Source: a virus. Taken from it: 64,000 bases of DNA. The notes under the pieces are model-generated. The model had not been told where the DNA came from, searched no databases, and worked only from the letters and a program-made list of their open reading frames with translations. Location of the stretch: positions 64,001 through 128,000 of the IMG/VR virus record IMGVR_UViG_3300035698_019747; one strand, 5' to 3'. Below are positions 20,771 through 32,096 of this stretch, in pieces. The first letter of the stretch is position 1; each line of letters opens with the position of its first letter. The position numbers and the translations under genes are program-made.

Positions 20771-23700
20771 TTAATTATTTTCTCCAAATCCTATTATAGA
20801 TGAATTTTGGGGTCTAAACTTAAAATTACTAACTCTACTCAATTTATTATTTGTTCCTAGTTTTTGAACAACTACTTTGCTTCTATTTATAGTGAATTTT
20901 GCTCTAAATATAAATGGTTTATTATCTGCCTCATTTTCTAATAAGAATTTAACCTTCTTAATGTGCCTAATTGTACTAGAAACATTATTCAAATCTATAT
21001 ATTCATAGTCTTTACCTGACCCACTATTTGAATCAAACGCGTTCATCTTAAAGTATATATTTATAGGTATAATTAACTCATCACCACTTTTAAATGTCTT
21101 AACTTTATCAGAATTATTCTCTACTATATTTTCTAAATTCTGAATAGAAGGATGTATACTAGTTAATAATTTAGATGAACTCTTGACAGTTGGGGATACA
21201 TCAACCCACTTTAATGTATCTAGTAATGAGTTATTATTTCCATTAAATTCAAGTATAGTATTCTCATTATAGCCCATATTATATTCTGTTGAAGATAATA
21301 CATCGGTTAATGAATTACTCCCAGAATTAACAAACTCATTACTTATATTTTCAGATAACTTATTCGCATTATTATTAGAACTACCATCAAAGTTAACTGA
21401 CCACAAAAACTGATTATCTAATTGAGTTTTAGTAGAACCACTTGAACTGTTCAATAATAATTCATCTCTGTCATTGACCCAAAATACTTGAGGTGCCTTC
21501 TTACTATATACTTGATTATCGCTTTCATAACTTCTATTACTCACAAGACCCAAAGGGGAAGAATTAGACGCATTATATATCCTAAGATAAAAATCTTTAA
21601 CTGTATAAATGTTATTTCTATAAACTCTACCCGCTATATTACTATCTTCATCATAAGTATCTAAATAATCTTCACACTCAACATTAAATTGTAATTCTGT
21701 ATCATTTTTTACTAAAAACTCTTCATCATCTCTATATAAATATACTTGAAGTACACCTCTTGTTCTATTAATTTGTTCCTCTAAACTTTGCATTCTATTA
21801 GTTAAATATCTTAAATATTCGGTAACAGATTGTTGATTGCCATTAGTATCTGGTAAACCAGACATAACCGAGTCACCATCGTGATAATATGTTTTATTTC
21901 CTACAACTATTTCATCTGCTAAATGCTCATCTACATTACCTAATTCACTCTTTAACTGAACTATAGTATCCTCTTTTAATGCTTGGTTTAATATGAAATC
22001 ATTCTCACCCACAATTGATGATAAATCCTCTGGAAATGCAATAGTTAATGTTTCACTCCAATCACTTGTAAGTGGACTATCTGGATACCCTACCTCAGAA
22101 ATAGATTTAACCCTAATCTGAACACTCTCACCCTTTTGGATAGATATATCTAATTGATTAATGTTTGGTGTATCGCCATCTGCAACATCTTCAATTTGCC
22201 AAACATATACATCTAACTCAGGATCAAATACTCGTTTTCTAACATCACTTAATATAGGTTTCCAATTTGAAAATGAAGCATTTACCAAATCTGTATTATC
22301 AGGTCTCTTTATCTCAAAAGTTTCAATCTTATTCTTATCACCACCCGTAGATAAATATCTATATTCAACCCTAAACTGAATAACCTCTTGGAGTCTACCG
22401 CCACTAACTAGTCTAGGTTCTGGGATAGCCCAATAACCCCTTGCTCTATATTTTGGTTTTATATTATTACTAGTATTAGGACTAGTAGACAATGTTATAA
22501 TTTCATTAGTAGTACTTCTAAGTAATTTAGAAGATGAATCCTTCTTATTCACTAAATCCCTTAACTGATTATCAAACGTCCTTTTTTGTGAATTACTCTT
22601 AAATGTACTTAATCTAGACTCTTTCTTCTTTGATGAAATACTCTCATCTAGCTGAACCATCTCGTTTTTAAGTTCATTCATCTTCTTGTACTTATCTACA
22701 ATTTCTTTTTTATCACTGTTATCAGTTAAATGAGAGTTTACTTGAACAACTTTGAAATTATCAGATATTAATGATACACTATTTGGTACCTGAGCTAATG
22801 ATAAAGGGGTTTTAGTCTTTACTAAATCCTTTATAACTTGCCCATAATCACTTACCCTTTCTATATAAAATTCTGACATGGATTTACCATTATCACTACT
22901 GTTAATACTATTTAAAGTTAAATCATTTGTGAAAAATCCAACACCAGAAGAGAATTGATCACTCATTATATAATTATCGCTATTAATGGCCTTAGCAAAC
23001 ACAACGTTACGCTCATCATACCCAATTGTTAATTTAACAACTTTGTTTGATACAACAGGACTATATACCTTTAGGGTGCCTTCCCCAACTGGTATAACTT
23101 CATTACCCTGTATTCTTTCTAATATTACTCTAGGACTAGAATTTGTAGTAGATACCTCTAGTATCTCATATATAGTTGATGTTTTCTCTCTATTTATAGT
23201 TAATTTATCACCGACCTTTAATGTTCTGGTTTGATTATTTGATGTTAAAACATAATCTAATGAATTGAAATTATACCACAACTTGCTATTTATACTATCT
23301 TCTGTTATTGATAATAAAGAAAAAGTGCCATTATACAAAACCTGATTAGGCTCTAATGCAAATTTCTCTTGATCATAATAAGGAACTGTGTTATTTAAAA
23401 CGCCAGGTGTTGTATTGTGCCATTGAATAAATTCATTTAATAATATATTTACCTTTCCCTTAAATCTAGTATTAAAACTAGCTAATGCAGATATTCCATT
23501 ATTAGTCAATTCCCCCTCACTATTTCTTTCAAAATCAATTATATATCTTCTAACTAAAACATCTCTTACATTATCTTCAATTTTATCTCTTAAATTTAAT
23601 GATACCTTTAAATATGGATTCATTAAACCATCAAAAAAGTGATTCTGCTCACTTTCAAATGTGCTAATCTTATTCAATTCTGATATTTGATTAGGTTGAC

Positions 23701-23986
23701 TGTTTAAATCAACTAAAACTACCTTTCTCCAAATATTCTCTGCGGTCTGTATTAGAGCACCATTTTCATTTATTGAATATAATGAATTGACATTATTATT
23801 CAAACGTTGTATCTCACTCTGTAAGAAAGACCATGATGGTACATCATACACTGTATCGTTAGCAGTAATGCTAACACTACTCTGACCAGATACCATAATA
23901 GTATTTAACTCTGATAACAGATTTAATACATTTACGTTGTAATTTACAATCTGTTCATAAACTTTAGAGAAGGAATTCTTTGTCAT
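20771..23986 (-). CDS. Large putative virion structural protein (coiled coils plus beta-rich domains)
   Basis: 1071 aa; FN3-like VQIRVKSISEVGYP..SDWSE; TATATA motif upstream. Confidence 0.55.
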   Translation of the reverse strand: MTKNSFSKVYEQIVNYNVNVLNLLSELNTIMVSGQSSVSITANDTVYDVPSWSFLQSEIQRLNNNVNSLYSINENGALIQTAENIWRKVVLVDLNSQPNQISELNKISTFESEQNHFFDGLMNPYLKVSLNLRDKIEDNVRDVLVRRYIIDFERNSEGELTNNGISALASFNTRFKGKVNILLNEFIQWHNTTPGVLNNTVPYYDQEKFALEPNQVLYNGTFSLLSITEDSINSKLWYNFNSLDYVLTSNNQTRTLKVGDKLTINREKTSTIYEILEVSTTNSSPRVILERIQGNEVIPVGEGTLKVYSPVVSNKVVKLTIGYDERNVVFAKAINSDNYIMSDQFSSGVGFFTNDLTLNSINSSDNGKSMSEFYIERVSDYGQVIKDLVKTKTPLSLAQVPNSVSLISDNFKVVQVNSHLTDNSDKKEIVDKYKKMNELKNEMVQLDESISSKKKESRLSTFKSNSQKRTFDNQLRDLVNKKDSSSKLLRSTTNEIITLSTSPNTSNNIKPKYRARGYWAIPEPRLVSGGRLQEVIQFRVEYRYLSTGGDKNKIETFEIKRPDNTDLVNASFSNWKPILSDVRKRVFDPELDVYVWQIEDVADGDTPNINQLDISIQKGESVQIRVKSISEVGYPDSPLTSDWSETLTIAFPEDLSSIVGENDFILNQALKEDTIVQLKSELGNVDEHLADEIVVGNKTYYHDGDSVMSGLPDTNGNQQSVTEYLRYLTNRMQSLEEQINRTRGVLQVYLYRDDEEFLVKNDTELQFNVECEDYLDTYDEDSNIAGRVYRNNIYTVKDFYLRIYNASNSSPLGLVSNRSYESDNQVYSKKAPQVFWVNDRDELLLNSSSGSTKTQLDNQFLWSVNFDGSSNNNANKLSENISNEFVNSGSNSLTDVLSSTEYNMGYNENTILEFNGNNNSLLDTLKWVDVSPTVKSSSKLLTSIHPSIQNLENIVENNSDKVKTFKSGDELIIPINIYFKMNAFDSNSGSGKDYEYIDLNNVSSTIRHIKKVKFLLENEADNKPFIFRAKFTINRSKVVVQKLGTNNKLSRVSNFKFRPQNSSIIGFGENN

Positions 23987-24053
23987 ATCAAAAACTTTTT
24001 TTATTATTGTATATATAAAAGGAAAGTCATTTTCTATTAACTAATTCAAACAA

Positions 24054-24602
24054 ATGGATAAAAATAAAATATTAGATAAGTTATTTGACCTAATTACCTA
24101 TATGAGAGAAGAATACAACTTATATAGATTCAATGAAAATTTACTTTTAAGTAAATATTTACCCATTAACCTTCATGACTTAGGAGAAGATTATATCATA
24201 ACAGGATCATTTGCACTGCACTTATATGGAATTTTACCAGATAAAAGAGTAATAGGTGATATAGATCTTCTGTGTTTGGATAATCCTGATAATTTTATGT
24301 ATTATAATCCACTAAAATATCAAAACCTTGAAATTATAGAAGAAGATGATGAATATATACAGAAACAATGTAAAGTTAAATTAGATGGTCAAATATTTGA
24401 TATTTTAAGAACAGAAGGTGAAGAATATAATGTTTTTATTATTAAAAAAGATGATAAAAAATATGCTATTAAAGTAGCTAAACCATATAATATAATTAAG
24501 TGTAAATTGCATTTTTTTAGAGATAAAGACAAAGAAGATATAGAAAAAATAATAGAAAAAGTTTATGAGAAATATGAAGAGTTACGACACCTCAAAAAAT
24601 AA
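24054..24602 (+). CDS. Nucleotidyltransferase-fold protein
   Basis: ITGSFALHLYG...GDIDL (GS, DxD) and C-terminal RDKDKEDI. Confidence 0.7.
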   Translation: MDKNKILDKLFDLITYMREEYNLYRFNENLLLSKYLPINLHDLGEDYIITGSFALHLYGILPDKRVIGDIDLLCLDNPDNFMYYNPLKYQNLEIIEEDDEYIQKQCKVKLDGQIFDILRTEGEEYNVFIIKKDDKKYAIKVAKPYNIIKCKLHFFRDKDKEDIEKIIEKVYEKYEELRHLKK

Positions 24603-24975
24603 ATCAATATTTGATAAAAATAAATGTTTATTTATAGTAAATGTCACATTTGATCAAAATACAAGCAGACGAAGATCAGATGAAACTTTAGCTAATATGA
24701 ACGCTTATTTTAATGATGGACACGATAATAAAGATGCTATATTCATAATAACATCATCAACAGGGGAATATAATAAAACAGATATAAAATTATTGTACTC
24801 ACCATTTAAAAACTATGCAATTGACTTAGAAAGTAGCCTAGAGAAAACCCTTGGTGAAATAATAGATGTGACTAATCATAAAATTGATAGTTTACCGATG
24901 AGTGTTGATGCAAAACAAGAACTAAGGGCTGCTATAAGGCAAGTTAATATTGAATCTATACTTAATCAAGGTTAA
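24565..24975 (+). CDS. Hypothetical protein
   Basis: ORF; C-terminal RQVNIESIL motif. Confidence 0.65.
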   Translation: MRNMKSYDTSKNKSIFDKNKCLFIVNVTFDQNTSRRRSDETLANMNAYFNDGHDNKDAIFIITSSTGEYNKTDIKLLYSPFKNYAIDLESSLEKTLGEIIDVTNHKIDSLPMSVDAKQELRAAIRQVNIESILNQG

Positions 24976-25603
24976 TATCATCTATATTACCAGACTTGAA
25001 ATTTCTCTGCTTAATCACAGGTATCTCACCTGGTGTTAACTGTAATACCTTATCTGAATTTAATTCAAAGTCAATGTCCATAAAGTTATAATTGAAGGTC
25101 AACGTAAAAGTACTTTCCTCAAATGATTGTTGGTTATATGCGAATATAATTTCTGATAAATTGGTTAATATAATTTCCTTAAAACTTATTGTATAAATTG
25201 CGTCCCTATGAATATCTAATGCAATTATTTGAAATGGACTTCCAAATATTTCTTTTACATCCAAATATGTATTTGTAAATATATCATATAATAATAAGTA
25301 ATTTAAACTACTATCAACATTTCTAAATTGTACAGTTAATTCACGAGTACTGGCTATATCATTGATGTTAGTTACAGGCTTATAATTACGCTGTTTACCA
25401 CGCATCAATGTTTGAGTAGGTGTTTGAAGTGAAAGACCAGGAAATGATATTTCCTTTATTGTTGAATTTATATAATCTAATATATTTTCATATTGTACCC
25501 AATTCTTTTCTAATAATGGTGTATATCTATCTATTATGGACTCTGGAACAATATCTTGTGGTAAGTTAAATACAAACTGTGATCCTTGTGAATTAATTCT
25601 CAT
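24962..25603 (-). CDS. Tail tube / tail completion (T4 gp3/gp19-like) protein
   Basis: IKEISFPGLSL, ELTVQF..VD..LNY, FTLTFNY pattern of tube-fold proteins. Confidence 0.6.
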   Translation of the reverse strand: MRINSQGSQFVFNLPQDIVPESIIDRYTPLLEKNWVQYENILDYINSTIKEISFPGLSLQTPTQTLMRGKQRNYKPVTNINDIASTRELTVQFRNVDSSLNYLLLYDIFTNTYLDVKEIFGSPFQIIALDIHRDAIYTISFKEIILTNLSEIIFAYNQQSFEESTFTLTFNYNFMDIDFELNSDKVLQLTPGEIPVIKQRNFKSGNIDDINLD

Positions 25604-25658
25604 AGAGTTTTTTTAATATATATTATATATAAGAAGTGCTTAAATGAAACCCACCCAT

Positions 25659-26783
25659 ATGAAATACAAACTGAAATACTATAATCAATTTATTAACGAA
25701 TCTAAAATTTCTAAAACACTATATCATGGGTCACCATATATATTTAGTGAATTTAAAAAAGGGCACACATTTTTCTCAGATACACCAAGGTTTGCAGTTG
25801 AATATTCAGAAACTAAGAGTCAAGATTATCAAATGGATAGAGAGTCTAATTTATACAAAGTTAGTGTTATTGGTAATATATTTGATATTAATGATGAAAT
25901 ATGCGAGAACGATATTAGAAAAATATTACCAAATGAAATATCTTATATTTATAATGATTTTGGTTTTGATGCTTCTCTACCTATCGATGAATTTATATTA
26001 AATATGAAAGGGTTTTTTACAAATGAACCAGTTGAAAATATAAATAATTATAAAGTAGGTGGATATTATGTAACAAATGATAACAGTAAATATTTATTTA
26101 TCAAAAAGGATAAAGACTATATTTATGGTATACTATATTCAAGTATTGAGCGAGAAATAGATGTCTATTATATGATGGATAATTATAGTGAAATATATAA
26201 AGATATAAAAAATTTCACTAAAGAATGGGGTAAAAAGCTACAAGAACCAACACATGGTGGTCACTTAAAAGCTCTTGCAACAGTACTATTTAAAAATAAA
26301 GAAATGTTTGGGATTGCTAAACCTAATGAAGAAGATCACGAAAAATTCATTGCTCTCAGAAATGATATTAGAACTCAATTAATAGATAATAATAAATATA
26401 TTAAAAAGTTTTTATTGACCACTAAAGTAGATACACTCATTGATACATGGAGATTTTATGAGAATAAAACAATTTTAGAAGCAATTATTAAACTTGGTTA
26501 TGAAGGATATGTTGCTAAAGAAGAAAATGAAAATACTTATAATATCTTTGATCCTAGTCAAAGTGTTAAAATATTAAAATATGAATTCCCATATGGTAGG
26601 GAGTTCAATGATATTAATGACTACCGAGCATTTGATGTTTATTCTTCAAATATTTATAAAGAAATGAAAAAGTTGAATATTAGTACGATTTTATATAATA
26701 GTTATGATATTTATAGTTATTATAAAGAACAACTAGACATTAAAGATGCTATCAAAAATATAATAAAGAAGTCAGAAGATTAA
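25659..26783 (+). CDS. ADP-ribosyltransferase-like protein with capsid-targeting-like N-terminus
   Basis: MKYKLKYYNQFINES, LYHGS, FFSDTPRFAVEY, LGYEGY..E..TYNIFDP. Confidence 0.6.
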   Translation: MKYKLKYYNQFINESKISKTLYHGSPYIFSEFKKGHTFFSDTPRFAVEYSETKSQDYQMDRESNLYKVSVIGNIFDINDEICENDIRKILPNEISYIYNDFGFDASLPIDEFILNMKGFFTNEPVENINNYKVGGYYVTNDNSKYLFIKKDKDYIYGILYSSIEREIDVYYMMDNYSEIYKDIKNFTKEWGKKLQEPTHGGHLKALATVLFKNKEMFGIAKPNEEDHEKFIALRNDIRTQLIDNNKYIKKFLLTTKVDTLIDTWRFYENKTILEAIIKLGYEGYVAKEENENTYNIFDPSQSVKILKYEFPYGREFNDINDYRAFDVYSSNIYKEMKKLNISTILYNSYDIYSYYKEQLDIKDAIKNIIKKSED

Positions 26784-28702
26784 AAATTTCTAAATATTGA
26801 ATTATTTAAGAAAGGGTCATTAATCAAAGAAAATGTAGTTGAACTATCACTTATAATATTCACATCACTTATAGTTTGAGTACTAACAGTAGTAGTTACA
26901 TTAACATTAGTGTTTTCATCAGCTCTTCTTCTAGTAACAATGGCTAACTCTCTATTACTATCTCTTCGTATCTCAACATCACTATTTTCTCTTTGGAAAT
27001 CCCTACCTAATTCATTTACATACTCTATACTATCACTCATAATAAATGTGCCCCCATATATAACTGAAGTCTCATTGGTTGACTCATTGGTTGAAGTAAT
27101 ATAAAATACATTAACCCCACTCTGGTATATTCTTCGAACACTATTTACATTCTCTTTTTTTAATTTAAATACAACTGTTCCATTAGTCAAGTCGTTTTCT
27201 TCACTACTTCTATATAAATCAGTACTTATTTCAGAATCGAAATTCTTGAACTTTAAACTTATCGTACCTAAATCAACCAAATTAAAATAACTTACTTTAG
27301 TTTCTACATTTTTAGCAATAGTGAATTTTATAATGTTATCAAATGGATTAATAATTAACTTTAACTTACCACTACCTTTCCATTCTCTACTATCTAATAA
27401 TGATGACTCACTTTTAACGACTACATTATTAGTACTTACTAAAACTGGCGTTGGTACCTTAACCACCTCAAAATTATTACTACTATTACTATCCCCTAAC
27501 TGATTATTAAGTTCAGCATAGTTTCTTTTATTAAGACCCTTTATAGCATCACTCAAACTAGCACCGCTTCTTAAATTATATATCTTAGCACTTTTTACAT
27601 TCTTTGTATTGATACGCACAAGGCTTCTAGAGTACTTATTAATTTCTTTGGGTAAAATACCATATGATGCTGTTCTAAGTATCACAGAACCGTCTACTTG
27701 GTCTATTATACGCATAGACACATCTATTACAGCAGTAGTAGAACTATATTTTATAATTGGTCTATATTCTAATTTTTCATTGAAATCATCATATACTGAA
27801 ATATTAATTGTTTTCCCCTTAATATTTTCCTCAAATAAAGTTATTGAATATTCAGCAAAATACCTCTTACCCATACTAACTGAATTAGTTATAAAACTAT
27901 TGAATTCCGAAATATTACCATTATAAATTCCATATATATCAAACCAATCCCCCTCGGCACTTGGCTCAACTTTAATACCCATACTTTGGTAATCAGGAGT
28001 TTGTGGAAATGATGTTTGTAATGGACTTGATAAAATATAAGTAGTTATGTCATTTAATATAGTTTTTTTAGCAATAAATCCAAACTCAACCATAACAGGG
28101 GACACCCTAGATAAACCGATATTAGATGTTAAATTATAATTTATAGTATTTGGTGAAACTATATTGTTTAATATCTGATTAGAAACCGCGTTAATAGATG
28201 GGAATGAAACTTCAATAAATTTACCCCATGTACTTCCATTTATACTTTGTGGTGGAGAAGAAATCTCTAATTCTCTATTAAACCTATTCTGATCTTGTTT
28301 ATCAAAGAAAAATTGTGATAAAGAAATTAACTTATCTTCATTACTATCAAGTGCAAGAACCTTTAAATAACAACCACCATATTCTGAGAAATTATAGTTA
28401 ACTGGAAAGTGTAATTTAATCCTATCATGTTTGATTGGTAGGTTTTGACTATATTCCTTGTCTTGTAAGAAATTATATATTGTACTATCTTTTACACCAA
28501 CACTATTTCTTATTGGATCAATGGTCACATATTGGTTAGAATACTTATTAGTTATATCAATAGTATTTTTAACTGAATAACTTTGAGTCAAATCGGTTAA
28601 GTTCTTACTGACAATATAGCTATCACCCCTTAGATAATTATCATCGTAAATGTACTCCATTAGTACATTTGAGTCAAGTTGTATAAATTTAGAATTTCTC
28701 AT
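26780..28702 (-). CDS. Putative virion structural protein
   Basis: 640 aa from ATG 28702 (MRNSKFIQLDSNVLMEY); beta-rich; AT-rich late-like motif upstream. Confidence 0.55.
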   Translation of the reverse strand: MRNSKFIQLDSNVLMEYIYDDNYLRGDSYIVSKNLTDLTQSYSVKNTIDITNKYSNQYVTIDPIRNSVGVKDSTIYNFLQDKEYSQNLPIKHDRIKLHFPVNYNFSEYGGCYLKVLALDSNEDKLISLSQFFFDKQDQNRFNRELEISSPPQSINGSTWGKFIEVSFPSINAVSNQILNNIVSPNTINYNLTSNIGLSRVSPVMVEFGFIAKKTILNDITTYILSSPLQTSFPQTPDYQSMGIKVEPSAEGDWFDIYGIYNGNISEFNSFITNSVSMGKRYFAEYSITLFEENIKGKTINISVYDDFNEKLEYRPIIKYSSTTAVIDVSMRIIDQVDGSVILRTASYGILPKEINKYSRSLVRINTKNVKSAKIYNLRSGASLSDAIKGLNKRNYAELNNQLGDSNSSNNFEVVKVPTPVLVSTNNVVVKSESSLLDSREWKGSGKLKLIINPFDNIIKFTIAKNVETKVSYFNLVDLGTISLKFKNFDSEISTDLYRSSEENDLTNGTVVFKLKKENVNSVRRIYQSGVNVFYITSTNESTNETSVIYGGTFIMSDSIEYVNELGRDFQRENSDVEIRRDSNRELAIVTRRRADENTNVNVTTTVSTQTISDVNIISDSSTTFSLINDPFLNNSIFRNF

Positions 28703-28753
28703 ATCATATATATTTAATATTAAATTTTCATATCTAATATTAATTACATATCT

Positions 28754-29170
28754 TTGACAAAATGTTATGATATGATGACCGATAAACAACTAGGTATTGA
28801 TATTTTGGATAAACCAGAAAAATATGAGGGTATAAAGCTTTTTCTTATTGCTGAGAAATCTGAAAGTTTTTTACTAGATAGAGGTTTTACTATAATTGAC
28901 TTTGAACACTATGATACTTATGTAAATAGACAAATAAACATTGATAAAGCATTAGGCAAAGAATCAGTTGTTAAAGATGATAGCAAAATCATATTAAAGA
29001 TTGTGGATTATACACTTAATCTTAAATATATTAGAGAGAATTATCCTAATCAAACTTTTATAGCCACATCATTTATCAGTGATATGACTTATATTTCAGA
29101 TTATGTATTTGGATGTACATGCTCACCCATAAGTAATATTTATGAATTAAAAAATAGAAAAAATGCTTGA
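28754..29170 (+). CDS. Hypothetical protein
   Basis: ORF (start probably at an internal ATG); RQINIDKAL motif. Confidence 0.65.
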   Translation: MTKCYDMMTDKQLGIDILDKPEKYEGIKLFLIAEKSESFLLDRGFTIIDFEHYDTYVNRQINIDKALGKESVVKDDSKIILKIVDYTLNLKYIRENYPNQTFIATSFISDMTYISDYVFGCTCSPISNIYELKNRKNA

Positions 29171-29939
29171 GATTAACACGTATGCCGACCTTAAAAAAGG
29201 TGCAGAAGAATGGAATCCTATTATGACAATTGTTACTAATATTGACACTTGTTGCGATAATATTAATTTTCCACATGAAGATTATCCAGAATATGTCCCT
29301 ACTACTAAAGATGCCATTGAATTCACATTAGAAATTCTAAATGAAAATGGGAAGTTAGTAGAAAGGGATATTAAGGAAATTCATAAAATCGCAATGAAAG
29401 GTAAACCCTATATTAGATTGGGGGATTGGCGAGATATATTAGTGACAGTTTCTGATGAATTAAGACCACCTAAACCATTTCTTATTGCATCAATGATGAT
29501 GTCTATCTTACCTATTGAACCCAATATTAATAGAGATGAATTGTTTAGTTGGTATAAAACATTTGAAACTATTCACCCATTTGTAGATGGTAATGGTAGA
29601 GTTGGTGGTATTATACTAGCTGCTATGAGTAAATTTATGTTTGATGATTATATGGTGAATACCAAGATATATCATTATACTTTGGATAATATTATAAAAA
29701 GGTTAGTAAATAAAAATGATAGCCTTTTGAGTAACCCAAAATATTTTGACCAAGAAATATCTTTAGATGAAAAGCGTTTACTATTTTTGGATAAAAAATG
29801 CCATGATACCAGTAAGATTAAAAATATACTTAAAACTGAAAATTTATTAGACATTTTCAACCAATTAATGAGCAAACGTGATATAAATTCAATTATTAAA
29901 ATGTTTAAAGCTATCAATGATGGAAAAAATTACCAATGA
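29163..29939 (+). CDS. Fic/Doc family protein
   Basis: Fic motif HPFVDGNGRVG. Confidence 0.9.
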   Translation: MLEINTYADLKKGAEEWNPIMTIVTNIDTCCDNINFPHEDYPEYVPTTKDAIEFTLEILNENGKLVERDIKEIHKIAMKGKPYIRLGDWRDILVTVSDELRPPKPFLIASMMMSILPIEPNINRDELFSWYKTFETIHPFVDGNGRVGGIILAAMSKFMFDDYMVNTKIYHYTLDNIIKRLVNKNDSLLSNPKYFDQEISLDEKRLLFLDKKCHDTSKIKNILKTENLLDIFNQLMSKRDINSIIKMFKAINDGKNYQ

Positions 29940-30144
29940 GTTACAAAAGATTAGGGTGCGGAAGTTATTATTACTCCCACCCCTCTCTCTTATAGTATTA
30001 TGTGCTATAAATATACTAATGAATTATTATATAGGAATTCCAATATTTTTTTCTATATTTGTGTTCTTATTTAGTACAATATATTTTATACTCTCAGTTA
30101 TGTTAGTATTATATAGTGATTTCAAAACAAACATTAAAAATTAA
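29917..30144 (+). CDS. Small 2-TM membrane protein
   Basis: Two hydrophobic segments. Confidence 0.6.
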   Translation: MMEKITNELQKIRVRKLLLLPPLSLIVLCAINILMNYYIGIPIFFSIFVFLFSTIYFILSVMLVLYSDFKTNIKN

Positions 30145-30483
30145 ATGATAATGATAGACTTTACAGAAGTAAGTGCGGTGAAAAAGAATAAATCAGCCAA
30201 AACAATTAGTAATTTTATAAACCCATCAGAGAATGTTTCGGTTATAGTTAATTTTGATGAGAATAACTGGGTATGTATTCTTAATTTCCAAGAACAATTG
30301 AATAAAATATTCAACGATCATAACCCCCACATAGACAGTAAGATGTCATTGGAAGAATTGAAGGATTTAGTAAACTATACTGATTCTATGATATTAAGTG
30401 AAGACTCTTCTAAAATAAAATATATTGAGTTAACAGAAGAACAAGAAAATAAAGAGTATATTAAATATAAATTAATTAATTAA
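30145..30483 (+). CDS. Hypothetical protein, possibly STAS-like (DUF4325-like), paralogue 1
   Basis: VIVNFDE..W...NF.E.LNKIF; near-identical C-terminus to the next gene. Confidence 0.6.
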   Translation: MIMIDFTEVSAVKKNKSAKTISNFINPSENVSVIVNFDENNWVCILNFQEQLNKIFNDHNPHIDSKMSLEELKDLVNYTDSMILSEDSSKIKYIELTEEQENKEYIKYKLIN

Positions 30484-30781
30484 TTATGGCATCACAGTTA
30501 AATATAAGCCCACAGGATAAAAATACAACAGCTAGAGCATTTAATGATCTTATAAACCCAAATAAAGCAGAATTCCTAAAGGGTAGAGGGATTATAATCA
30601 ATTTAGATGAAGAAGGATGGGCATGCTGCAACAACTTTTTACATGAATTGAATAAAGTTTTCCAAGGGGAAAATATTGATGTAGATCCTGATCTTGGAAT
30701 AGATTTAGAAGAATTAAAGGGTTTAGTAAACCATACTGATTCTATGATATTAAGTGAAGATTTTTCTAAAATTAAATATAT
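30352..30781 (+). repeat. ~74-bp direct repeat (30352-30425 and 30708-30781) within the tandem paralogues
   Basis: gaagaatt.aagg.tttagtaaac.atactgattctatgatattaagtgaaga.t.ttctaaaat.aaatatat occurs twice. Confidence 0.85.
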
Positions 30782-30836
30782 CCAGTTAACTCAAAGACAA
30801 AAGTATAATGAGTTCTATAAATATAGAAATATGTAG
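30486..30836 (+). CDS. Hypothetical protein, paralogue 2
   Basis: Shares LEELKxLVNxTDSMILSEDxSKIKYI with the preceding gene. Confidence 0.65.
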   Translation: MASQLNISPQDKNTTARAFNDLINPNKAEFLKGRGIIINLDEEGWACCNNFLHELNKVFQGENIDVDPDLGIDLEELKGLVNHTDSMILSEDFSKIKYIQLTQRQKYNEFYKYRNM

Positions 30837-30947
30837 CCATCAATATTAAATATTATTATATATTTAGTATATATCATGATGTTGCACCTTTTTTATGTAT
30901 TTGAAAAAATTAATATATAATATATTTAAAAAATAACTTATTTTAAA

Positions 30948-31373
30948 ATGGCTATAATTAAAAAAGTGAAAGATTTCTTTAAAAAAGATACACCTAAGGA
31001 TATGTCAAATAAACATATCACTAAAATGGATAACAATTCTGTAAATGATCAAGCAATGCCTGTTGAGAACTTCAGTGGGGTTTTAGAATATATCACTGCT
31101 GATATACATAGAATCATTAGGTTAACTTCTTACTTGAAAAATGAACTCACTGATATTTTTGGAAAACATAATGCAAGGTATAGAGGTGAATTTTTCTATT
31201 ACGTTTGGAATTTGGAATTTGATGGAGATACTTTTTGTATATTCACCGCAAATGGGAAAGGTACTACTTTTAATATTCACGCAAACCGTGAGGAAAATAA
31301 ATCAGAAAAATGTATAAACTTCCTACGTAAAATGGATGAATTATTAATAACAATAAATAAAGATGAAAAATAA
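30948..31373 (+). CDS. Hypothetical protein
   Basis: ORF. Confidence 0.7.
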   Translation: MAIIKKVKDFFKKDTPKDMSNKHITKMDNNSVNDQAMPVENFSGVLEYITADIHRIIRLTSYLKNELTDIFGKHNARYRGEFFYYVWNLEFDGDTFCIFTANGKGTTFNIHANREENKSEKCINFLRKMDELLITINKDEK

Positions 31374-31902
31374 TAAAAATACAAGCAGGTTTCTTAGCTT
31401 AGTGCTCAGACATAAACCAGAAGCTCTAGGAATCGTTTTAGATAGTAAGGGATATACTGATACCAAAATATTAATTGATGCTCTTAAAGAAGATGGTTTT
31501 GATATTGACATAGATATCTTAAAGGACATAGTTGAAACAAATGATAAACAACGTTTTAAATTTAATGAAGATTTTTCAAAGATAAGAGCAAGCCAAGGAC
31601 ATTCTGTCATTAAATTAGATTTTGTTAGAAAATTACCACCTGATATTTTATACCATGGGACAGCAAAAACTAATATGAAATCTATTATGAAATCTGGAAT
31701 ATCTAAACAGAGAAGACATCACGTACATTTATCTACCAATAAAGATACTGCACTTGATGTTGGTGGACGTTACGGTAGACCCATTGTATTAGAAATTGAT
31801 GCTAAAAAAATGAATGCAGATAATATTGAATTTTATTTATCTGATAATAACGTGTGGTTGACAGAGTATGTAGATAGTAAATATATTATAAATAATAAAT
31901 AA
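31363..31902 (+). CDS. kptA: RNA 2'-phosphotransferase (Tpt1/KptA)
   Basis: LSLVLRHKP, KQRF, IRASQGHS, LYHGT, RHHVHLS, NNVWLT. Confidence 0.95.
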   Translation: MKNNKNTSRFLSLVLRHKPEALGIVLDSKGYTDTKILIDALKEDGFDIDIDILKDIVETNDKQRFKFNEDFSKIRASQGHSVIKLDFVRKLPPDILYHGTAKTNMKSIMKSGISKQRRHHVHLSTNKDTALDVGGRYGRPIVLEIDAKKMNADNIEFYLSDNNVWLTEYVDSKYIINNK

Positions 31903-31904
31903 AT

Positions 31905-32096
31905 ATGCCAGAAGCAGTAACAGTAATAAGTAAAGCTAAAGAACTAATTGAAACAGTTGGTTCGGAGAAAGCCATTGAATTTTTTCAAGAAATAATTGAT
32001 TCAATTGGTGAACCTAAAAGCTTTGATGATGTGTGCAATATTAGTGGAAATGAATGCGCAATAAAATATATTAAAGATGAAATGAGCACACAATAA
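31905..32096 (+). CDS. Hypothetical protein
   Basis: ORF in a co-oriented run. Confidence 0.65.
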   Translation: MPEAVTVISKAKELIETVGSEKAIEFFQEIIDSIGEPKSFDDVCNISGNECAIKYIKDEMSTQ

